Shown: piece by piece, positions 57,113-64,000 of the stretch | Position numbering within the stretch: the stretch's first letter is position 1 | How the letters are laid out: each line of letters begins with the position of its first letter | IMG/VR virus record: IMGVR_UViG_3300032213_001813 | Location: 32,001 to 96,000 of that record | Direction: 5' to 3' (one strand) | DNA length: 64,000 nucleotides | From: a virus | Position numbers and translations under genes: made by a program | The notes under the pieces: generated by a model | Seen by the model: only the letters and a program-made list of their open reading frames with translations | Databases searched by the model: none | Told to the model about the DNA's origin: nothing

Positions 57113-58053
57113 GCAAAGAAAAAGTTTTAATTACCGGCGGTGCTGGGTATTTAGGTTCTACATTAACGGAGCACCTATTAAATGAAGGTTATTCAGTAAC
57201 GGTATTGGATAATCTATCTTACAAACAATTATCACTATTACACCTTTTCAAAAGAGAAGGTTTTAAATTTGAGATGGGTGATGTAAGAAACAAAGAATTA
57301 CTACAAAAGTTAGTAGGGGAGCATGATGTGATTATTCCATTAGCTGCAATCGTTGGAATGCCGGCATGTAAAGCAAACCCTGATTTGACAATAGCAGTAA
57401 ATTATCAGCAGGTAGTTGATGTGATTGAAGTCCTAAGAGATAACCAAAAGTTAATCTTACCAAATACTAATTCACAATATGGTTCATCTGATTCAATCAT
57501 TACCGAAGACTCACCATTTAATCCATTATCATTATACGCAGAAACAAAATGTAATGCGGAGAATGCTTTATTAGCAAATGGAAATGGTGTATCATTGAGA
57601 TTGGCAACGGTGTTTGGTGTATCACCTCGAATGAGACAGGATTTGTTGGTAAATGATTTCGTTTATAAAAGTGCAGTAGATGGTTACTTAGTGTTGTTTG
57701 AAGGACACTTTAAGAGAAACTACATTCACGTTCAGGACATAGCTAGAACATTCCAATTCATCATTGAGAATTATGATGCTTGTAAGGGCGAGGCATTCAA
57801 CGTAGGATTATCAACTGCTAACTTATCAAAGTTGGAATTGGCAGAAAAGATTAAATCACATATACCATCTTTGGTTATTAAGGAAGATGATTTCAAAGAA
57901 GATTTTGATAAAAGAAACTATATCGTATCAAATGATAAGTTAGAGAGTAGAGGTTGGAAACCTATTTACGATTTAGATTATGGTATCAAACAATTGTTAG
58001 AAGCATACAAAGTAATTATTAAATATAACAACAAAAACTTTACAAATTTATAA
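57109..58053 (+). CDS. NAD-dependent epimerase/dehydratase (extended SDR) 5
   Basis: TGGAGYLG, PLAAIVG, YAETK, LRLATVFG. Confidence 0.9.
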   Translation: MSKEKVLITGGAGYLGSTLTEHLLNEGYSVTVLDNLSYKQLSLLHLFKREGFKFEMGDVRNKELLQKLVGEHDVIIPLAAIVGMPACKANPDLTIAVNYQQVVDVIEVLRDNQKLILPNTNSQYGSSDSIITEDSPFNPLSLYAETKCNAENALLANGNGVSLRLATVFGVSPRMRQDLLVNDFVYKSAVDGYLVLFEGHFKRNYIHVQDIARTFQFIIENYDACKGEAFNVGLSTANLSKLELAEKIKSHIPSLVIKEDDFKEDFDKRNYIVSNDKLESRGWKPIYDLDYGIKQLLEAYKVIIKYNNKNFTNL

Positions 58054-58054
58054 T

Positions 58055-58459
58055 ATGGAAGAGAGAAAATATTTACCAACATTAAGTGAATTGATTGATA
58101 GATTATCTATTGTTCAATTAAAAGAAGTATTCATTACAGACCACAAAGCAGAATATGCTGAAGAGATTGCAGCAATTGTGCATGATATTCAATTGTATTT
58201 GGATGAGAGTACGGAAGCTGTAACTGCCGAAACTATTAGAGCAGTTGTAGTTCTTTCACAAATGAACTTACATATTTGGCATAATGAATCCAACTATCGT
58301 AAAGGAATCAGAGATGGTAACAACTTGGAATTAACACATGGATTAAATGGTATTCGTAACGTAGCTAAGAACAAAATCCAAGAGGTGAATGGTGGTAGAA
58401 AAGATTACAAAATTGATTGCTTAGCAGCAGAATTTAAAGATTGGGAAATTAGTTGGTAA
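58055..58459 (+). CDS. All-helical hypothetical protein within the sugar operon
   Basis: 134 aa; TLSELIDRLSI...IWHNE...RN pattern. Confidence 0.6.
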   Translation: MEERKYLPTLSELIDRLSIVQLKEVFITDHKAEYAEEIAAIVHDIQLYLDESTEAVTAETIRAVVVLSQMNLHIWHNESNYRKGIRDGNNLELTHGLNGIRNVAKNKIQEVNGGRKDYKIDCLAAEFKDWEISW

Positions 58460-58460
58460 T

Positions 58461-59213
58461 ATGAATATATTAGTTATAGGAGATAGTTGTATTGATGTTT
58501 ATGTTTATGGTAAAGCAGATAGACTTTGCCCTGAAGCACCCGTTCCTGTGTTTATCCCTAAAAGGGAGACACGGACGGGTGGTATGGCAGCTAATGTATT
58601 TGAAAACATAGAATCATTGGAAGTGGACGTTCATTTAGTTACCAATGAGAATCCGGTAACTAAAACCCGATATGTGGAAGAAAAGACAAATCACCAAATC
58701 ATACGAATAGATTCCGAAACATCCGCTATCCCAAGAATTAAAAATTTGGATAAGATTAAGTTTGAGGATTATGATGCAGTTATTATATCGGACTACAATA
58801 AAGGGTTATTAACATATGAAGATATTCAGTTCATTTGTAAATCACATCCATCGGTTTTCATAGATACTAAAAAGATTGTCAATGAATATATGTTAGATGC
58901 CAAATTCATTAAGATAAACGAATACGAATATGCAAACAACATAGCAGCTGGACAGTATTTCAAAGAGTTCTATGATAAGTTAATTGTAACTATGAGTGGA
59001 AAGGGATGTAAGTATATGGAAACCGAATACAATGTAGATGAGGTGGAGGTTAGAGATAATAGTGGAGCTGGTGATACATTCATATCAGGTTTAGTAGTTG
59101 AGTGGTGTAGGAGTGGTGATATTGGTAAAGCAATATTATACGCAAACGAATGTGCTACGATAGTGGTACAACACAAAGGAGTAACAAAAGTAGGAAATTA
59201 TATTAAGAAATGA
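58461..59213 (+). CDS. HldE/RfaE-type heptose-7-phosphate kinase domain (PfkB family), stand-alone
   Basis: VIGDSCID, RLCPEAPVPV, GGMAANV, SDYNKG, DNSGAGDTF; no nucleotidyltransferase domain. Confidence 0.88.
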   Translation: MNILVIGDSCIDVYVYGKADRLCPEAPVPVFIPKRETRTGGMAANVFENIESLEVDVHLVTNENPVTKTRYVEEKTNHQIIRIDSETSAIPRIKNLDKIKFEDYDAVIISDYNKGLLTYEDIQFICKSHPSVFIDTKKIVNEYMLDAKFIKINEYEYANNIAAGQYFKEFYDKLIVTMSGKGCKYMETEYNVDEVEVRDNSGAGDTFISGLVVEWCRSGDIGKAILYANECATIVVQHKGVTKVGNYIKK

Positions 59214-60442
59214 CAAAGAACCAACCAATAAGTTTTATTATACCCTGCCGAAATAACTTACCTTATTTAAAGCAGGCAGTTAGTAGTATTGAAAAACACT
59301 ATGGAACATATCACCACATCATTATATTAGATGATGCATCAACCGATGGTACTTGGGAGTGGATAAACTCGTTAGAGGGAGAACACTATACAAAATATCG
59401 TAATGAATCATCAGATAGAGTTGGACATACAGTTTTATATGATGTTGGTATTAAATTGGCAACAACACCGATTGTTACAATTTTACATTCGGATATGGTA
59501 GTTACTGAAAACTATGTTGGTAATATGTTAAAGCACCTAAAACCGATGACGGTAGTGAGTGCTACTCGTATAGAACCACCACTACACCCACCGGGACCCG
59601 AAAAGTATGTAATGAACTTTGGATTGGAAGTTGATGAATTTTTTGCAAAAGAAGATGCATTTACACACTTTGTTGCTACATTGGAAACTCAAAATGAAGG
59701 GTTGGTAACATATGGTATATTTGCACCTTGGATGTTATACAAAGAAGATTTTACATCAATAGGTGGACATGATTTATTGTTTGCACCTATGGAGTTGGAA
59801 GATTCGGATATATTCAATAGAATGGATTTAGCTGAATATAAGTTGGTACAAAGTAGAGATGCATTTGTATATCATATGACTTGTAGAGGTAGTAGATTCA
59901 AAGATGGTATTGAAATTGAAAGAGAGATACCACTACCGGATGGAACAATTTGGTACAAACCCAAAGATTCGGTAGAATATACAAAATTAAGAGAGAATAA
60001 GTTCAGAGAGTGGTGGAGAAAATGGCATACAAATGTGTTGCACGATGATAATATGCTACCAATAGTACCAAATAGATATGATACTACGTTTGTAATTATA
60101 AATTGTACACCACAATTACTTTCTGTATTAGAACCTTGGTGTGATAGAATATATGTAGATTGTGAATATAATTCCTATATTGAAAGTGAAAGTAAAGAAA
60201 CTATGTTTGATATATCTAAAAAAGTTTATTCGGTAAATGATGAATTGTTTGGAGATGTGGTAGTTAAATTTGATGGTTCTAAATTAACGCAAGAACATTA
60301 TCAGCAATTTATTATGAATCTGCCATTTGTAATTCAACAAAACGATTCAGTTGGTACATTTGATTGGGATATATTTGAAATAGAGATATATAAATTAACA
60401 ACAAAAGATATGATTAAGCCATTCTTTAAAAACGTATTTTAA
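59210..60442 (+). CDS. GT2-family glycosyltransferase
   Basis: SFIIPCRN, ILDDASTDGT, LHSDM, IGGHD, EDSD. Confidence 0.9.
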   Translation: MTKNQPISFIIPCRNNLPYLKQAVSSIEKHYGTYHHIIILDDASTDGTWEWINSLEGEHYTKYRNESSDRVGHTVLYDVGIKLATTPIVTILHSDMVVTENYVGNMLKHLKPMTVVSATRIEPPLHPPGPEKYVMNFGLEVDEFFAKEDAFTHFVATLETQNEGLVTYGIFAPWMLYKEDFTSIGGHDLLFAPMELEDSDIFNRMDLAEYKLVQSRDAFVYHMTCRGSRFKDGIEIEREIPLPDGTIWYKPKDSVEYTKLRENKFREWWRKWHTNVLHDDNMLPIVPNRYDTTFVIINCTPQLLSVLEPWCDRIYVDCEYNSYIESESKETMFDISKKVYSVNDELFGDVVVKFDGSKLTQEHYQQFIMNLPFVIQQNDSVGTFDWDIFEIEIYKLTTKDMIKPFFKNVF

Positions 60443-60443
60443 A

Positions 60444-61337
60444 ATGAAAAAAAGAACATTAGTTTGCATACACGTAATGCCATCCGAATTAGAGATGTTT
60501 GAACGATTTATGCAACAATATCATAAAGCATTTCAATATTTGGATGAGAACGATGATGTGACACTTAAAGTAACACTTAACTTAAATCCAGAACTAACTG
60601 ATTGGGATAACAGTGAATTTAAGCAAGGATATTTTGTTGCAAGATTTGGTGTATTATTCAATGGTGTTAAAAATATAAATGAGGTAATATTAGATACATC
60701 ATGTTGGGGAACTACACAACAAAAAAGAGAAAGTTATAAGTTAGATTATGACCAATTTATATTTGTGGATACTGATATTTTGATGCATGAGCATATGTTA
60801 AAATATCAATTAAATGTATCTTATCAATTGGATGGTATTTACATATTATCACCATCATTACCAAAATGGTGGGATGATAGTTGGGAGGATTTATGCCATT
60901 CTGATTACAAAGATAAGCCATATGGTTATGCTATGGATGATAAAGGGGTTGCTGATAACACATTGGTTCAAGAAATAAAAGCTGTAACTGCAAGAGAAAT
61001 CGCAACTATTAAATTTGGATGTGGTATGCATACTCTATACTCTAAATCATTTTGGGAATTGGTTGGTATACCTGAATCATTTAAAGGTTATGGACCTGAA
61101 GATACATACGGAATGGCGGCATCAACGGTAGGTAATAAGTTGGGAGCTGGTATTAGACAATTTGTGTTAGATGGGGTGTATATTACCGAAGATTATTTTA
61201 ATAGAACTCCATCATATTCGGATAAAATTAAACCAATTGATAAAAAGAAAGAGTTTTATGATGCCGCACATGAATTGGGACAGGAAGAGGTAAAGAAATT
61301 TGTAGCAAAACTTATCGAAAATCAATCGAATAATTAA
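60444..61337 (+). CDS. GT-A-like glycosyltransferase
   Basis: FIFVDTDI (DxD) and GYGPED. Confidence 0.6.
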   Translation: MKKRTLVCIHVMPSELEMFERFMQQYHKAFQYLDENDDVTLKVTLNLNPELTDWDNSEFKQGYFVARFGVLFNGVKNINEVILDTSCWGTTQQKRESYKLDYDQFIFVDTDILMHEHMLKYQLNVSYQLDGIYILSPSLPKWWDDSWEDLCHSDYKDKPYGYAMDDKGVADNTLVQEIKAVTAREIATIKFGCGMHTLYSKSFWELVGIPESFKGYGPEDTYGMAASTVGNKLGAGIRQFVLDGVYITEDYFNRTPSYSDKIKPIDKKKEFYDAAHELGQEEVKKFVAKLIENQSNN

Positions 61338-61344
61338 ATTTTTA

Positions 61345-61352
61345 TATTTATA
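61345..61352 (+). promoter_or_regulatory. Putative late motif
   Basis: TTTATATTTATA in the gap after the glycan operon. Confidence 0.5.
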
Positions 61353-61379
61353 TCTATAAAATTAGGTAAAATAAGTAGA

Positions 61380-62846
61380 ATGGGACAAAAGATATCAGAA
61401 AAACAAATGAAGGAGGAAATCCGTTCAGTAGTTAGACAAAATATAAAAGAAGTAACTACAAATGATTGGCACTACAAAGCAATCATGTCAATATGGGATA
61501 AGGGTGGTTCATTCACTCGTAAAAAAATTGGAGCAGTAATATGTGCTGACCCAAAAGCAGATAGAAGAGATGTTGAAGATGCATTAAGAAACTCTGGATA
61601 TGATGAAGTTACCAATGTTACTGATAGATTAAGAATTGAAGGTGTGATTAAAGAAGAAGATTCAATTCCCGGTGGTTTAGCAAAAGGAATGACTCTTAAT
61701 GATATTGCAGAGAAGCACGGAATGAGTGTTGATATGTTAGTAGCAGAATTTAAGAAAGGTATCCAAACCGAAATGGAACACACAACGGATAGAGAGATGG
61801 CTAAGGAAATCACAATGGACCACCTATTCGAAGACCCACAATATTATACAAAGTTAGCAACGGTAGAGGAATATGTTGATGATAAAGGTGTAGAACACGT
61901 TGCAGCAGCATTACCACAAACTGAAGAAGAGCCAATCAAAGAAGGAGAAGATTCCGAAGAAACACTAAGAGGTTTGAAAGAAATGGCAATGGGTGATTTG
62001 GAAAGAATTGCCGATTATGCAAATATGATTTTGGAAAGAATGGGAGAAGGACAGAACTTAGATTCTTGGATGTATTCTCAAATCACATTAGCAGTAGACC
62101 AATTAAATTCAGTACACGATACAATGGATGGTACTGATGGTAAGAAAGAAGAAGTGAAGGAAGGTAAGATAAACGAACTAACTGGAAACGAAAGGCAAAT
62201 TAAAAACGGAAATCCTAATAATATATTTTATATATTCTATAAAGGGCAATTTGCAGCAGAATATTGGGCAATGAATCCCAGTAATTTGTTTAGAATATAT
62301 TGGGATAAATTCAAAGTAAGAAGACCAGCTGGTTCTCAATTCAAATTAAATCCAGAATTTATAATTGTCCCTAAAAAAGAGTATGATAATAGTACATCAA
62401 ATCGTTACGCAAAATTAAAACCATATGTAGATGAGTTTTGGGATAAATTACAAAACGAATCGGTAAACGAAAACTTAGATAACTATTCTAAAGATGCAAT
62501 AACTGATATGATTGTAAACCTTAGTAGATATGAGGGTAATGAGAAATTAATTGCAGATTTAAAAAAAATACTAAAACAAAGAAGTTTAGGTAAACTAAAA
62601 AAAGAACAATCGGTAAATGAAGGAACTGAATCTGATATCATAGCTCAAATCAAAAATATTGCAAAGACTCATCAAAACAATATAGTAATAGACCCGAAGA
62701 GTGGTAAGAAAATGAGAGTAGATGCATTTTCAGCATCCGCAATCGCAACGGTATATGATGCATTAAGTGATTCTAATAAAGAAAAGTTCTTAGCATCTGG
62801 GTTATTGGGAATGCAACAAATGGCAATGAAATTACTAAAAAAATAA
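61380..62846 (+). CDS. Modular probable head-internal protein with a DUF5661-like domain
   Basis: GGLAKG...KGIQTEMEHT...AKEITMDHLFEDPQYYTKL (DUF5661-like); modules separated by IKE/VKE/VNE motifs. Confidence 0.6.
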   Translation: MGQKISEKQMKEEIRSVVRQNIKEVTTNDWHYKAIMSIWDKGGSFTRKKIGAVICADPKADRRDVEDALRNSGYDEVTNVTDRLRIEGVIKEEDSIPGGLAKGMTLNDIAEKHGMSVDMLVAEFKKGIQTEMEHTTDREMAKEITMDHLFEDPQYYTKLATVEEYVDDKGVEHVAAALPQTEEEPIKEGEDSEETLRGLKEMAMGDLERIADYANMILERMGEGQNLDSWMYSQITLAVDQLNSVHDTMDGTDGKKEEVKEGKINELTGNERQIKNGNPNNIFYIFYKGQFAAEYWAMNPSNLFRIYWDKFKVRRPAGSQFKLNPEFIIVPKKEYDNSTSNRYAKLKPYVDEFWDKLQNESVNENLDNYSKDAITDMIVNLSRYEGNEKLIADLKKILKQRSLGKLKKEQSVNEGTESDIIAQIKNIAKTHQNNIVIDPKSGKKMRVDAFSASAIATVYDALSDSNKEKFLASGLLGMQQMAMKLLKK

Positions 62847-63157
62847 TGGATAATAATATATACTCGGTATTAATTACAGCAATCACAGTCTTAGGTGGAG
62901 CATCGGCTTGGAGATTCTACGAAAGAAAAGCAGATAATAGACAAAAAGATGAAGATTTTATCAGACACGATTGTAGAGATAGAATTTCAAAGTTAGAAGC
63001 ATTATTATCATCATCATCAGCTGAAAAAGATGAACTTCGTAAAATGATTATTGAGATGACTGCACAGGTTGCAGAGTTGAGAGTTAAGGTTGAGTTCTTA
63101 ACTGCGGAGAATCAAAAGTTATCTAAGCCTGCTAGTAAAAAAATATTAAACGGTTAA
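62846..63157 (+). CDS. Small membrane-anchored coiled-coil protein
   Basis: Hydrophobic N-terminus (IYSVLITAITVLGGASAW) followed by heptad repeats. Confidence 0.65.
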   Translation: MDNNIYSVLITAITVLGGASAWRFYERKADNRQKDEDFIRHDCRDRISKLEALLSSSSAEKDELRKMIIEMTAQVAELRVKVEFLTAENQKLSKPASKKILNG

Positions 63158-63174
63158 AAATAATCGATAAAATA

Positions 63175-63206
63175 TTTGGTAATGTAAAATAAATTACTTA
63201 CCTTTA
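63175..63206 (+). promoter_or_regulatory. Bacteroidota-type promoter (TAnnTTTA variant)
   Basis: TTTG 63175-63178, N20, TACCTTTA 63199-63206; ATG at 63211. Confidence 0.65.
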
Positions 63207-63210
63207 GTAT

Positions 63211-63744
63211 ATGATAAGTAGAACCCTATTTTTAGAAAGCAAGAAACTTCGAGTGTACGATTTTGATGATACTTTAGTATTTACAAACTCATTTATTTAC
63301 ATTACACACTCAAACGGAGGTAAATCCAAACTAACACCCGCACAATACGCAACTTATAATGCTAAGCCGGGTGATGTATATGACTTCTCTGATTTTGAGA
63401 AAGTTAAAAATCCAAAAATTATTAAGGGAGTATTTGAACTCCTAAAGAGAATGACTGAAAAGGATAGGGGTGATAGAGGTGTTTACATCTTAACCGCCCG
63501 AAGTGCTTACAAACCTGTCTACGATTTCATTCGCCAAAGTGGTATTAGAGGTGTTAATGTAATTGCATTGGGTGATAACAATCCTGAAAAGAAAGCAGAT
63601 TGGATAGAACAACAAATTAGAGATGAGGGATACGATGATGTGTTCTTTATCGATGATTCACTCAAAAACATTCATGCAGTACGAAACCGATTAAAGAAGT
63701 ATCCAAACGTAAAGCAAAAGATTCAGCACATAAAGCACGACTAG
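63211..63744 (+). CDS. HAD-superfamily phosphatase
   Basis: VYDFDDTL (motif I), ILTAR (II), K (III), FIDDSLKN (IV). Confidence 0.88.
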   Translation: MISRTLFLESKKLRVYDFDDTLVFTNSFIYITHSNGGKSKLTPAQYATYNAKPGDVYDFSDFEKVKNPKIIKGVFELLKRMTEKDRGDRGVYILTARSAYKPVYDFIRQSGIRGVNVIALGDNNPEKKADWIEQQIRDEGYDDVFFIDDSLKNIHAVRNRLKKYPNVKQKIQHIKHD

Positions 63745-63764
63745 TAGTTAAATTAAAAAGTTTA

Positions 63765-63772
63765 TATTTATA
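63765..63772 (+). promoter_or_regulatory. Putative late motif
   Basis: TTTATATTTATA before ORF 63787. Confidence 0.5.
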
Positions 63773-63786
63773 TTATATAACCAAAG

Positions 63787-64000
63787 ATGATGATAAAATT
63801 AACTCAAATATTAACTGAAGCAACCGATTTCAAAGTATATCACAAATCTTATACGGAAGCAATCCAAACCGCTAAAGAATACGCTTTGAAAAAAGGGTAT
63901 ATGGTAGATGATGATGATTCCTTTAGAAAGATTGGAATGGGTCCTCGTAAACCATCTGAAGGTAAGAGTGTTAGAGTTTCGGTAGAGTTGACAAAAGGTG
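63787..64000 (+). CDS. 5' part of a probable head-associated protein (runs off the window)
   Basis: MMIKLTQILTEATDFKVYHKSYTEAIQTAKEY...; open to the window end. Confidence 0.65.
   Translation, partial: MMIKLTQILTEATDFKVYHKSYTEAIQTAKEYALKKGYMVDDDDSFRKIGMGPRKPSEGKSVRVSVELTKG

Noticed and set aside
41477-61337. Bacterial O-antigen/capsule locus (host contamination or prophage flank)
   Set aside because: No Wzx/Wzy/Wzz or initiating transferase is recognisable, it shares the promoter motifs and gene packing of the phage genes on both sides, and it is continuous with them. Assembly should still be verified by read mapping.
267-61813. The many minus-strand ORFs in the track
   Set aside because: All lie antisense to well-supported + strand genes, have no recognisable motifs or promoters, and show shadow-ORF composition.
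62846-63157. Holin call
   Set aside because: One hydrophobic segment plus a coiled coil is not diagnostic, and the gene is far from the endolysin; left as a membrane-anchored protein.
1-64000. Stop-codon reassignment (alternative genetic code as in some huge phages)
   Set aside because: Conserved genes are full length in the standard code, and TAG (e.g. 2318, 7176) and TGA (ATGA overlaps) both end genes normally.

Overview
A 64-kb segment of a large, AT-rich, T4-like (huge/jumbo) myophage genome. All credible genes are on the + strand, densely packed, in the standard genetic code (TAA, TAG and TGA all act as stops). The host is very probably Bacteroidota: about ten genes or operons are preceded by TTTG-N20-TAnnTTTG promoters, and the start codons I checked have A/T-rich leaders without Shine-Dalgarno motifs. 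Order: tail/baseplate genes (1-5.4 kb); a complete tmRNA with an unusually long 26-codon tag; a short PolA; a secreted nuclease; a 1359-aa mosaic protein; a GH19 endolysin; a T4-type replication block (gp32, UvsX, RNase H/FEN, helicase, NrdB/NrdA/Trx, PolB, clamp, clamp loaders, dUTPase, Cas4-like nuclease). Embedded in that block is a probable DNA-modification island (two Mom-like acetyltransferases, a DUF4338 protein, glycosyltransferases). Next come two GT4-like enzymes, a Gly-Ser/Thr triplet-repeat fibre-like protein and a 25-ORF, ~20-kb nucleotide-sugar/glycosyltransferase operon (41.5-61.3 kb). That operon has colitose-type, ThDP branched-sugar, acetamido-sugar, heptose-kinase and methylation functions but no recognisable membrane export, polymerase or initiating-transferase genes. 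It is the best candidate for an undescribed system: phage-encoded cytoplasmic glycosylation of virion proteins. The window ends in probable head-associated proteins. All family assignments come from motif recognition by eye, not database searches.
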